Origin: Trypanosoma brucei
Taxonomy: Eukaryota
Direction: 5' to 3'
Assembly: GCA_000002445.1 (NCBI GenBank)
Contig: CH464491.1
Span: forward strand, 1,280,001-1,344,000
DNA length: 64,000 nt
The notes under the pieces were generated by a model. It worked only from the letters and a program-made list of their open reading frames with translations. It was not told the origin of the DNA and searched no databases. A program made the position numbers and the translations under genes. Shown here one piece after another: positions 22,874-34,400 of this stretch; the first letter of the stretch is position 1; each line of letters begins with the position of its first letter.

Positions 22874-24373
22874 ATGTCTGAAAAGGGAACATCGTTAAAC
22901 CTATTCCTCGCCGCCTGCCAAAAGGAGGGTGTGAAGCAACCCAACACATTTCTTGTCGAGTTCTTTACGAAAAAACCTGAACTGTCGGAAGTGGAGGAAA
23001 TAGACTTGAGCAAGAACTACATTGGGAACCGTGGTATTCTTGCCTTACTCGATGTAATTAGCGAGCTGCCATGCTTTCGCTTCCTCAACTGCTCAAACCA
23101 AAAACTGTATAACACGGACTTGAATGAGGATAGCGTTAGAGGTAACGCCACAATAGATCGCATCGTCGACGTTTTCAAATCACATCCAACAGCCAACGCA
23201 TTAGATCTCAGCCACAATCCTATTTCAAACTATGCTGGCCGTAGATTATTGTTGCTTACCCAAAATAACAAGCGCATCTGCCGTGTGGAATTGGTGGACA
23301 CTCGCATTGACTTTGAACTCCGCTCTCGCATTACGCAACAATGTGAAAAGAATACCATCGCTATTTGGGAGTCACAAGCACAAGAAAAGGAGGAGGAACG
23401 CGCCTTTGGTGAAAGTGTCACGTGGGTCCCAACACAAACGTCTGCGGACTTGACGGCAATCGGTGGCGGCCGGAAGCGACGTACTACAGTGCGAGGTGAG
23501 GGAATTGATCCTGAGAAGGCTAAATCATATGTTGCACCATATTTCGAGAAGAGTGAAGACGAAACGGCACTCATCTTGAAGTTGTTGACGTATAACGTAC
23601 TCTTCTCCTTTCTGGACTCACGCGATCTTATGACTGTGGCGGGTGCCATGTGGCGTGTGGAGTTCAAGCAGGATGATTGCATTATGGAGGCGGGGCAGAC
23701 AACATGTGACAAACTGTATATAATTCAAGATGGTAAAGCAGATATCATTAAAGAAGGACAGAAGGTATATCTCAAGGTAGAAGGTACGGCGGTAGGAGAG
23801 CTTGAACTTATGTATCAGACACCAACTGTTGCCACGGTGAAAGTTTGCACACCGGAGCTCATCGCATGGGCACTCGATCGCGACACGTATCGTCACCTCG
23901 TGATGGGTAGTGCCATCCGCCGCCGTGAGACATATATTCAATTCCTAACAAATATTCCGTTCCTCAGTGGCCTTGACAATTATGAGAAGCTGCAACTTGC
24001 GGATGCCCTCAGCAGCGACGAGTTTGAACCGGGTGATTACATCATTCGCTACGGAGAGGAGGGCGAATGGCTGTACATCATTTTGGAAGGTTCTGTTGAT
24101 GTGGTTGGGCGGGATGACGATGGAAATGAAAAGCATGTTTGGGAATTCGGGAAGGGGGATCATGTGGGTGAGCTGGAATTCCTTAACAATCACGCCAATG
24201 TAGCAGATGTTGTGGCAAAAACGCATGTTGTCACGGCGAAGCTTAACCGTAGGCACTTTGAAATGTGCCTTGGACCTGTCATTGATGTACTGAAACGAAC
24301 CTCGCAGCAGCCAAACTATGAGTACTACCAGTCGAAACTGAAAACTACTTTAAGGGCAGAGGGGAGGAAGTAG
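22874..24373 (+). CDS. PKAR: cAMP-dependent protein kinase regulatory subunit (PKA-R), kinetoplastid type: N-terminal leucine-rich repeats plus two cyclic-nucleotide-binding domains
   Basis: The ORF-track start is TTG; the ATG at 22874 gives 499 aa (MSEKGTSLNLF...). LRR-like N-terminus (IDLSKNYIGNRGILALL...LDLSHNPISNYAG). Inhibitor-like RRTTV site. Two CNB domains with phosphate-binding cassettes GELELMYQTPTVATV and GELEFLNNHANVADV; both lack the canonical Arg of 'PRAAT'. Confidence 0.9.
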   Translation: MSEKGTSLNLFLAACQKEGVKQPNTFLVEFFTKKPELSEVEEIDLSKNYIGNRGILALLDVISELPCFRFLNCSNQKLYNTDLNEDSVRGNATIDRIVDVFKSHPTANALDLSHNPISNYAGRRLLLLTQNNKRICRVELVDTRIDFELRSRITQQCEKNTIAIWESQAQEKEEERAFGESVTWVPTQTSADLTAIGGGRKRRTTVRGEGIDPEKAKSYVAPYFEKSEDETALILKLLTYNVLFSFLDSRDLMTVAGAMWRVEFKQDDCIMEAGQTTCDKLYIIQDGKADIIKEGQKVYLKVEGTAVGELELMYQTPTVATVKVCTPELIAWALDRDTYRHLVMGSAIRRRETYIQFLTNIPFLSGLDNYEKLQLADALSSDEFEPGDYIIRYGEEGEWLYIILEGSVDVVGRDDDGNEKHVWEFGKGDHVGELEFLNNHANVADVVAKTHVVTAKLNRRHFEMCLGPVIDVLKRTSQQPNYEYYQSKLKTTLRAEGRK

Positions 24374-25940
24374 GTGGCTCGTAAAATATGCATTGGATTG
24401 CTTTTCGTGTTTTTTTTGTTTGTTTTCTTGTTTTTGTTTTCTTTTGGGGAGTATTCGATTGGATTTTTTTTTGGGAGGTGGAGGCTACTGTAGAGAGGAA
24501 GAGTCGTGTAAACAAGAGGAGGAAGCAGGAAGAAATAATAATAATAATAATAGAAGAAGGGAAGGAGAGTGGCTGCAACGGAAGGTAAAGTAAAAAAAAA
24601 AAAGAAGAGAGGGAGGAGAAGAGAGGAGAACAAACAACTTATCCCGTCATTTCTTCTTCTTCTTTTTTGATCTTGCGTTATTGTATGTATATGTATTCCT
24701 GACTTCTGTTGCTTCCTTCATCAATGCAGAAGTTGTCAGTTTCGCAAAGAATGAAGGAAGTAAAAAAAGAAAAGAAAAAAGTTTATTATTATTATTAAAG
24801 AAAAAAAAAGGAGAGATGAATAAAATAGAGGAAGGGAGTATGAATCCCATTTACTGGAGGAGAAAACAAAACGAAGGGGATTAAATGAGATGATGAAATT
24901 GAAAAGTGAGAGTGAGAGTATGAGTGAATGAACTGTTGCGAAGACGTGAGACAACTGGAAGGCGAGAAAGTTGTGTGGGATAATGTTAGAAAAAATAAGG
25001 AAACATATATAGAAAAAAGAAAAGAGAAGAGAAGAGGCAAGGGGTCATGGAGTAATAAAACGAGGGAAAATAGTAATGATAATAATAATAATAATAATAA
25101 AAACAAGATGGGAACATGAAAAACGGTGAAGGCAAATATGAGACTTGTAACTGTACCGAATATGACACCTATTGTTGTTATTATTACTATTGTTGTTATT
25201 TATTTATTTTTTTAAAAAAAAAGGGGGGAAAAAGAAAAAAAAATGAGGGAATAACATTTTGGATTTGCACCAGATCCAGTTTATATGGAAGAACCCCTGC
25301 TGATGGTGGCAAGGCGTATTGTGGACTTGACGCGGCAATTTTTTTTTTTTTACGCGCAACTGCTTCGGTAGAGTAGGACAAAAAGAAAAATTACGCAAAC
25401 AAAATATTTTGGTGATTTCTCTTTTTCCCCTTTTTGGTGTTTATATTTATGTTAAAAGTGTACAGTTATGTGTCTGTAAATTGTGGTATACCGTCACTTC
25501 AGCATTTCCTTCTTGTATAACACACCAACAAAGAAAAAAAAGAAAGGGAAAAAGATTTTTTTTCTAATTTATTCTATTTATATTTTGTTGTTGTTGGTGT
25601 TATTGCGTTAGTAACGGCAGCAATGTGTGGTATTTGAAGGTTTATGTTTCATTTCTGTATGATGATAACATGTGTAACTTTCATTCATTTAATGTTAGGT
25701 CTGCCATGTCGTCTCATTATTATTATTATTATTATCATCATCATCATGTTTTAAAGTTCTCTCGTCCCTCTCGTACTCAACTTTTCGTTTTTGTTTCTTT
25801 GTTATTTTGCCGAGAATAAAGAAAAAATATGTATGTATATATTTATTTATTTAAAAGCAACACCGACCGAACCTATCCTTCCCACAGCTACGCATAAGCA
25901 AAATTCGCAAACAGCACGAACTTTATTTATTTATTTATTT

Positions 25941-25970
25941 GTGTGTGTTTGTGTGTGTGTGTGTGTGTGT
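25941..25970. repeat. (GT)n microsatellite
   Basis: gtgtgtgtttgtgtgtgtgtgtgtgtgtgt. Confidence 0.9.
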
Positions 25971-26372
25971 TTTTTCTCCTCCCTCTTCTTTGTTTATGCC
26001 ATCTGATGTTGTAGTTGTTTTCTTTTCTTTTTTCCTTTTTTTTTTTTGTCAGCATGTGAAGGGAAAAGTTTCATCTCGTGTGTTTCCTTTCATTTGTTTT
26101 TTTTTCTCTCTTGCTTTTGTTCTTCGCTTCCTTCGCCCCATAATTCCGTTTGTTGACTCCTTTCGGCTCCTTCGCTTTTTGTTTTGTTTTATGTTTTATG
26201 TCTTTATATTTATTTGTTTAATGTTTCAATTGCCCTTGTGTTTGTATTTGTGTTTGTGTTTGTGCTCGGGAGGTTCTGTTTTTTTTTTTCCTTTTTGTTG
26301 TTTTTTTTTTTTCCCTCCCCCTTCCCCGCCGTTTGATGTTGTTTTTTCTTCACTCTTGATTTTATTCCTTTC

Positions 26373-26408
26373 CTCTCTCTCTCTCTCTCTCTCTCTCTGT
26401 CTGTCTCT
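26373..26408. repeat. (CT)n then (CTGT)n
   Basis: ctctctctctctctctctctctctctgtctgtctc. Confidence 0.9.
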
Positions 26409-26501
26409 TCACTTGAGCAATTTTTCTTACCTTACCGTTGGATGGACACTTCCTTTTTTTTCTTAAAAAATTACTGTTTGATTTCATTTAATTCTGCACG
26501 C

Positions 26502-26527
26502 GAGGAGGAGGAGGAGGAGGAGGAGGG
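26502..26527. repeat. (GAG)8 trinucleotide repeat
   Basis: gaggaggaggaggaggaggaggagg. Confidence 0.9.
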
Positions 26528-28187
26528 AAGGTGTGTTTTGTTTTATTTGAAAGAAAAAGAGAGGAGAAGAAAAAGAAATTAATTTATTTATTAATTAATT
26601 TATTTATTTACGTATGTGTGCGTTTTGTGTGAAATGGACGTCAAGAGGAGTAATATCCCAAAGCACTTTTCCTCTTCTTTTTTTTTTGTTCCCTCTCTCC
26701 CTCTCTCTCTCTTCTTTGTTTGTTTTTTTGTTTTGTTTGTTTTTTTACTTACTTAAAAAATGAAAATAATGTTTTGAATGAAAAATATCAATATTTTTAT
26801 TCGGGCGTGTCATGCATTGCTAAAACAAAAATAAATACGCCAATAGAGAAGAGGAGGAAGAAAGAAAATGGAATGGAATGGGTTGTGAAAGTCATGTAAT
26901 ATGAAGAAAGAAAAGAAAGAAAAAATAAATAAAAAAATAAAAAAGTGACAAAGGCCGAATATAAATAGAATTAAAAACAATACTGCCACCACCCACCCCA
27001 AAAAAAAAATATATATATATATAAGAAAGAGAAGTACGAGATGCGGATATTAACAAAAAGAAATTAAAGAGATGGGAAAGAGAGAAGGGGGGAAAAAAAA
27101 AAGACAGAGAACAACATGTAAAAATTTTAATTTTGGCGGGGGCGGGGGAAGGGGGGAGGGAAATGCAAAACTGTAATTTCTATTTTAAGAAATAAAATAA
27201 AATAAAATAAGAGAGAGAAAGAGAGAGATGGAAGTGTATTTATATGTGTACGTACCGGTATTAGGAGGAAAGGTGAAGAGCTGTGCGTTATAATGTATGA
27301 ATTTGTTGTTTGAGTGAAGGAATGAAAAAAAAAAAAGATAAATATATAAATAAATTACACATATGATTATAATTATAACAGAATAATAATCAAACAAAAC
27401 AATAATAACACAAAAAAAATAGGAGGAAGAGGAAGTAAAGGAAGGCGGAGGAATGTACAAAAAAAAAGCAGAGAGAAGAAGATAAGATTAAGTTATGCTA
27501 AGTTAAGTTAAGAGGCACATTTTAGAGGAGGAGGAGGAGGATGAGGAAGAAGAAGAAGAAAAACAAGAAACTAAATTGAAAAAAATGTGAGGGAGTAAAG
27601 ACATTGCAGGGGGAGGTGGGAGAAAAAATATATATATATATATATAAGAAAAGGGGGTGAAACAATTTTTTCTTTTAACCATATGAATATGAATATTTAT
27701 TTATATTTATATTTATATTTATATTCATATTTATATTTATATTGTGTATTTGTATTAGTGGTGCCCGGGGGTATCTCGCGGTTGGCGCTTTAAAATCTTG
27801 CATTTTGTTGTCGTGTTGTCTTCTTTTTTTTTTTTCTTTTTTCCTCCTCCCCCCCCTTGCGGTCGCATTATCTGTTCAAATTTTTTTTCATGTGTCTTTT
27901 TGTCGTGTTTGTTTGTTTGTTTGTTTTTTTCTTTACTTCGCTTTATCTTACCTTATCTTATCTTATCTTTTTCTCGTCATGTTTTTTTTTTACTTTGATT
28001 CTCTTCCGTTAATTTTTTTATACTTTTTATTTTCTTCATACTAATATTTGCTGCATGGTACTTCCAATGTCGTTACGCGTTTGATCCACTTTTTTTTTCT
28101 CCCCCCCCCCATCATTCCCCCCTTCTTTTTTTTTTTCATTCTTCTCATTTTCTACACGCACACACGCCTCTTCACTTTTTCTGGTGC

Positions 28188-28211
28188 ATATATATATATA
28201 TATATATATAT
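28188..28211. repeat. (AT)12 microsatellite
   Basis: atatatatatatatatatatatat. Confidence 0.9.
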
Positions 28212-29716
28212 TGTTATTTATTTATATACAAACACAATAAAAAAGCAAACGATGAAAGAATAAGACCGCAGAAGAGATAAACATTTTGTTGTTCAAGGAA
28301 GAAGGGGGTGACAGAAAAAAAAAAAGAAGGAAGCAAGAAGGAAGGAATGAATACAGTTTGTGTCTCTACGTGAAGCGATTATTTCATTTTGTTTTTTTTT
28401 TTAAATTATATTGTTATAACAATAATATAAAAAAAACTTATATCTTGTACCTCTATATTTACACGGACTGTGCACCGAAGTGTGTGGAAAGGAAAGCCCG
28501 CATGCTTAAGGAAGGAGAGGGGTTGTGTGTAGTGACTTTGTGAAGCCCTTTGAGGGAGTTTATTTCACGCCTTATTTTGTGTGTTGCGCTTCTCTGCTTT
28601 AAAAAAAAAAAAAAAAAAGTGGCCTCCCATCTTTTTTTTATTTATTTGTTGTTGTTGTTGTTGTTTTGGTTTTGCCTTCTCTCTCCTTGTTCTCCTTTCT
28701 CAAACAATAATTATTTTTTTTTGCTTTTGTTCTCTCTCCATTCACGTTGCAAATATATTGAAGAAAAGGGGGAATGGGGATGCACAAGTTGTTTTACTGG
28801 ATATCATTATTACAAATTTAAAGTGAAAAAACAAAGATGTCGAAAAAAAAAAAGGGGGACGGAAAAATATTATTATAATAACAATAATACTAATAATAAT
28901 AAATAGTGTACAGAAGTAATAAATAAGCAATCAAAAGGCAAGTTGTTTAAGTGATGCATTTGCTGAGGTGCATTGGCATCTGACTGACGTTTTGAACTTG
29001 TGGAGGATACGCATGCACATGTACACGTGTATGTGTGTGTAAATATATGTATATATGTTTATCAGCGCGTTCTTGTGCTTCCATTCCAAAAGAAAATAAA
29101 AAGGAGGAGGGGTTGCGGGACATCATATAACAATGTTACTGAAAAAAAAATGGAAGGGAAAAGAATATATGAGTGGATGAAAGGGTTATTATTAACAAAC
29201 CCCTGTTGCATTTACTCAGTAGGATACAAACACGTTCATCTGTAGCTGATGTCTGCTGGAAAGGTTTCGGGTGACAGGTCTCGGTGTCGGTATTGGTGCC
29301 ATTGTTTATTTTGTTTTATTGGAATCACGACACGACTGACTCACCACGGAAGTAGGCGTGCGGCGCAGAAATTATTACAGTCCCCCTTCTGACCGTTGGA
29401 TGCTATGAACGCACTCTATTTTACTCTCTCTCTTTCCCTCTTTCTCTCTTTTTCACGTCATCCCCTTTGGTATCGTTATCACTATTATTTATTTTATATT
29501 ATATGCAACTTCTACATTTTTTTTTTCATACCCTTTTTTTCATCTTTCACCCGCACTCAACTGTGATTTCTGTGGAACAACCACAATAACAACAAAATGA
29601 AGGAAACTTCGCATCTCTAAAGGGCAAAGCGGAGTATTTTGAAGAGTGTCAACCAATAAGTAAGTGCAGGCTTCCGTCGTGTCGGAAGCCTTATCTTTTA
29701 CTTATTGCTTGACTCG

Positions 29717-29739
29717 ATATATATATATATATATATATA
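29717..29739. repeat. (AT)n microsatellite ~35 bp upstream of the 29775 ATG
   Basis: atatatatatatatatatatata. Confidence 0.9.
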
Positions 29740-29774
29740 CATATACATATTCCTCAGCGCCGTAAGCACTTGTT

Positions 29775-31097
29775 ATGCAACGGCACCAGTTATATGTTGA
29801 TGGCCTTTCGGGGTTATTGTCACCCGCTGGAATCCGTACGTACCGGCAGGCGGGTCTTGTTGTAGCGCGTGGCCTCCTTCCTGAGAAACTCGTGGAGGCT
29901 CTCACCTCAACTTGTAGCAGCATCGCATTGACTAGAGGTAAATGTGTCTTTCCAGGTATTGACGAGGCTCACAGTGGAAAGGTTGAGTTTGATGGGCGCA
30001 CCGTTCCACAACCAACGGCTAATTTAGGTGCCCAAGAGCCTCCTCCAGAAATTCAGAAGCAGCTTCGTCAGCAGGACGAGGCGCGGTCGATCGAGCGGCG
30101 GTATGAAAAGGTGCTGCTCAAATGTCGGAACCAACGGCAAGTGGAACGGGTATACGCCCGACTGGCCGCACAACGCGAGCGCTACATGAAGTTCAAACAA
30201 GTAAGGAATGTTGTTTCACCTGAGGAGGAGCTCTCCGGACGGACGAGCAACCGACGCATGCGTGAGATCGGCGAGAGTTACGAGTATGAGGATTTGAAGA
30301 GCAGTTTCGAAACGTATCGTGACAGTGGGAAGATGGAGATGGAAGTGCGACGTGACTACCACGTTGACCGGGCGATGGAGCACCTACAGAACTGGTCAAA
30401 ATGTTGGTGCCGTGTGTGGCCGGAATCAAAGGAATTGCAGGAACTTTTGTTGCGTGGCGAACTCGGTTCCATTGTCGGGCAGGCCGCTGCTGCGCTGGCT
30501 GGCGAAATTGTGATCCGTCTATTTGACGACGCGATTCACGACTACCAGAGATTTCTGAATAGCACGCCATTTCACTTCACGGGAAACTCTACCAACTTTC
30601 GCAACGTGAATGGCATGACAGTGTCAGTTGGCCTAACAGCACACGACGACGTTCGCACTTTTGTCATTCCTGGTTCCCATCACGTGATGCGAGAGTTCAC
30701 CAATGATGGTAATGATTTTAGCCGTTTTTGTGCTACCGGTGTGTTTGACACAGGCCGTGCAATTCGAGGTATCGAACCACTGAGTGAGCTTCCAGTGTTT
30801 CAACTACAACCGTTGGAACCAGGTAGCGTACTTTTTATGAACCACTACACCATTAGCGGAGCGCAGCCGACAATGTGCGGCCCCGCAGCGGATTACGTTC
30901 CACCCGCGGCGGCTCCAGTGAACGGTGTTTACCAATATTCCCTCATTCTTATGCCCGGTCGTTGTTTGTTTGATGGGCTGAGAAATTCGTGGGCGTCGCG
31001 TGACAGCCACGGTCCATTGTACAACTATAAAGCGGGACAGCCGCTAATTGATGATGCCGTGTTTCCCGTACTTCACAGAGCGCTGGATGTGGAGTAA
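29775..31097 (+). CDS. Hypothetical protein (440 aa); weak resemblance to PhyH-like 2OG-Fe(II) dioxygenases
   Basis: ATG at 29775 (checked). The 'TAHDDVRTFVIPGSHHV' segment resembles the PhyH 'W.alDD...G.l.viPGSH' region. I could not verify a complete HxD...H triad, so the function is low-confidence. Confidence 0.7.
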   Translation: MQRHQLYVDGLSGLLSPAGIRTYRQAGLVVARGLLPEKLVEALTSTCSSIALTRGKCVFPGIDEAHSGKVEFDGRTVPQPTANLGAQEPPPEIQKQLRQQDEARSIERRYEKVLLKCRNQRQVERVYARLAAQRERYMKFKQVRNVVSPEEELSGRTSNRRMREIGESYEYEDLKSSFETYRDSGKMEMEVRRDYHVDRAMEHLQNWSKCWCRVWPESKELQELLLRGELGSIVGQAAAALAGEIVIRLFDDAIHDYQRFLNSTPFHFTGNSTNFRNVNGMTVSVGLTAHDDVRTFVIPGSHHVMREFTNDGNDFSRFCATGVFDTGRAIRGIEPLSELPVFQLQPLEPGSVLFMNHYTISGAQPTMCGPAADYVPPAAAPVNGVYQYSLILMPGRCLFDGLRNSWASRDSHGPLYNYKAGQPLIDDAVFPVLHRALDVE

Positions 31098-31481
31098 TGT
31101 GCGTCTGTTAGGGTGAAGTGTACCGCCACTGCCCACGGGAGTGTGTCTTGTGGGTAAGGTAGGGGTTGAGTAATGTTCACAGAATAATATATATATATAT
31201 ATATAGAAGTGTTTATCCATGTGCAATCAATTGAGTAGCATTTTCTCTATCTACTCTGCACGTAACTTGAACCGCGTTGTTTAACTTGTCTGCCTCCCTA
31301 TCCCTCCACATTCCGTATTCAATTCATAAAATATGTAGCGGGTGGGCAAGGTGTCGGAAGCCCACCAGGGAGATAAAACAAAAAGAAAAACGCACTCCGT
31401 CTTTTTTTTAAAAAAAAAAAAGGAAACACACACACATAACACCGGGGTTCGGAAAAGTTGTGTGCCGGTTGCGGCCCTTAT

Positions 31482-34400
31482 ATGAATACGATCGATGCTG
31501 CTCTTGTAAGCATTCAGAATGGGCTAGCGCAGGAGAAAAAAGGTCAACTTTCCGAAGCACATGAGTTACTTATTAATGGCGTGAGGGGACTCCGCAAAGC
31601 TGTTAAGGAGTTGACACTCGATAGTTCACGGCGATTACTACTTATCGAATATGACAAAGATGCGATGAGGCACATTCAGCGAATTTCTGAGGTTTTAAAG
31701 GGGTCAAAAAAACACGTGGCTGACACCCTTCTCCCAGCACCGTCTTCAACTCACTCGTATGTGTCGTCCCGTCCGCAAACCTCGGAACACCGCTCCGGTG
31801 AGGATGACGACTACCTAAGTTTTCTCAACACTGATGTGGGAAGTCCCGTGCATACAAGTTTATTTGCCCAACCTCCCTTCCACCAAGTCTACAAGGCGCC
31901 GGCAAAACCAACTGGAACCACTGGTCTGTCGGCGTCACCGCCACGAGTTCATCGCTCCGGAGAGGAGCCCGGGAGTCCTGCCGCGCAATCCCCAACGCAG
32001 GGTACTTCCGATATTGTTCTCAAAGCCATCGATGTTGCAACAGCGTTGCTGCAAAGGAGAGAGTTAAAACGAGCAGTAGACGTGTTGCAGCACGCCTACG
32101 ACGTGGGTGTTCGGACCCGTATCAGACCTGGAAACTTTGAACGCGTGGAGGAACATCTGGTTCTCTTGAGGAGAGAATACTACAAGCACTTCAAACCCCG
32201 CTTTCTTCAGGACAATCCCGTACTGCCGGAAGAGATGGATGTTTTGCGAAAGTCCGGAATCACCACGACAATTGCACTCCCGATTTGGGATGACTTGAAA
32301 GAAGGATATGGGAGAGAGAACGTATTTATGCCGTGTGAGGGTCACTGGAATGACACCTTCACACCAGAACTTTCCTCTGTGCAGAAGTCCGCTGGTGCCA
32401 GGTATGTGTGTATCGGTGAAGCAAGGCGAGGTGTGGAGTTCTGCATCATACGCGCGGCGGATCCGTTGAACATCAAGCAGACAGTGGTGGGGGATTGCTC
32501 CATGGTCTGCAGTCTTATCATATGCGCCCTATATCAGCAGCGGTTCCCCAAGGCGAAGATAATTAGCAACGTCATCTTCCCACAGGATTCGGATGGTGTT
32601 CCGGTAGTGAACCCGAAGGGGAAGTATTGCGTCAAGATGCTTGTGAATGGTATCACTCGACTCATTACTGTGGACGACCGGTTCCCAGCAAACCCGCAAA
32701 CGGGAGAAATGCTTTGCACGTATAGTCGCGACAAATCAGAGCTGTGGGTGTCAATTATGGAGAAAGCGTTCGTAAAAGTTTGCGGCGGAAGTTATGATTT
32801 TCCTGGCAGTAGCAGCAGTAGCGACCTCTACAAGCTCTCTGGTTGGCTTCCAGATAGTGTTGACTTCACTGTAAAGGACTTTGATAGGAATTTGCAGTGG
32901 TCAAGATTCTTCAACCGGTATGCAGATGGTTCTCTTCTCATTACGGTGAGTACACCCCCACTCTCCGAAGCTGAGGAAAGGAGACTTTTGCTCGCATCAG
33001 AACATGCGTACGCCGTTTTGGATATGAGAGAGATGTCAGGCGTGCGACTCGTACAATTAATGAACCCATGGAGCCGCCGTGCGTGGAGTGGTAAATTTTC
33101 CCTCAACGACAAGAGACCGGAAGTTGTCAAGGTTCTCACGCAGCTACAGTACGGCTCACCACAGGCTGATCAAGGCATTTTCTGGATTACGTGGGATGAT
33201 CTTTGCACAAACTTTTCCCGGTGCTCGTTGAGCTGGAACCCGTATATGTTGTTCAAAACGCCGGATGGTATGTCGCAGCGGCCCACGCGACTTTCCTGTC
33301 ACAGTCGTTTTCCCTACACAACAAGCATGGGTCAGTCCCCACAGTTCCATATTGGCGTAATCGACGCACCGAAGCCTTCCCGCATGCATCTTGTGTTTTC
33401 ACGTCACATGACGGATCCGACGGCGTTTGGTCAACAGTTTGATAGGGACCACCCGAATGTACCGTACGTTTCTCTCAAGGTATATGATGTCACTCGGTTC
33501 CCTTCCATCGCACAGCATCTGGGAGCTCGTTGTAGTTTTGGCATGTGTTACTGTCGCCGGCTCGCCCACGGAACAGAGTTGGGCGTAAAAATAGCCCCCT
33601 TGAGCAATCCCACATACCGAAACATGGCTGCGTATACACTGAGCTTCAACTGCCCAGCTGGTACAAGTGATCTTCTAGTTGTTGTTAGTCGGTTGGAATC
33701 TGCTATCAAGTCAGAGTTCAGCTTTTCCCTCACACTTCACACAGAATGGCCTCAAGTACTGCTGCAGGAGTCGGCTCAGCGCTGCTGGGGTGTGTATATA
33801 CATGCCATTCCCCGCAGTAGTCTCAGGCATTGCACTGTGACGCACGGCAAATGGGTAAAAGGCGTGAGTTGCGGGGGTAGGAGCTTTCTGCAAACCTTTG
33901 TGTACAATCCCCAGTACCTACTAACACTTGCACGTGCATCGATGGTATCCGTACGTTTATGTGTATCAGATCAAAATAATGACGATAGTGACAAAAGTGT
34001 TCAGGTGCACCTCCTGCAAAAAAGGCAGGACCCAGGAGTGGGGCAGGTCAAGTGGGCTGCACGGGTGGGTTCTACCAATGAATGTAGCTTGCACCTGTGT
34101 GCACCGTTGTTTGCTCATGGTGGTGTTGTCGTAGATACAAGCCTTCGAAGCTGTTTTGCGCCAGAGTCCGTGCACTACCCTGTTCCACAATCGCATCAAC
34201 TACAATCTGAACAACAGCTACAGCAAAGCCAATGGACGAAGAAGGCCCTATCAACGTCGGATGGACCACTACCTCCCCTTCCTGCCGGTGACTATACAAT
34301 TGTAGTTGCACAGTGGGAGAAGGGTATACCCGCAGCGTTTGAACTTACCGTTGAAACGACGGAGCCACATCAACTACGGGAAATTGTGCCAGAGGGTGTT

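Larger units (their letters stand above)
24374..29774. repeat. 5.4-kb gene-free, low-complexity block: poly(T)/poly(A), (TA)n, (GT)n, (CT)n, (GAG)n, (TTA)n and (TTTA)n, with alternating pyrimidine-rich and purine-rich strand bias. Probably a long UTR or intergenic spacer
   Basis: No ORF longer than ~175 aa, and all of those are homopolymer or low-complexity translations. Composition flips from T/C-rich (24388-24480, 25940-26460) to A/G-rich (24480-25120, 26500-27700) and back. Confidence 0.7.

Noticed and set aside
25655-25700. TGATGA (C-box-like) motifs in the 24-29 kb spacer as possible C/D snoRNAs
   Set aside because: I found no properly spaced D box (CUGA) with terminal stem. The hexamer is expected by chance in AT-rich sequence. 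This is left as a check, not a call.
25939-26466. 175-aa ORF (and similar ones at 22015-22524, 19104-19565, 27185-27460) in low-complexity regions
   Set aside because: Composition is dominated by Phe, Leu, Cys and Ser from poly-T, (GT)n and (CT)n tracts. Starts are non-ATG or arbitrary, and there is no protein-like complexity.
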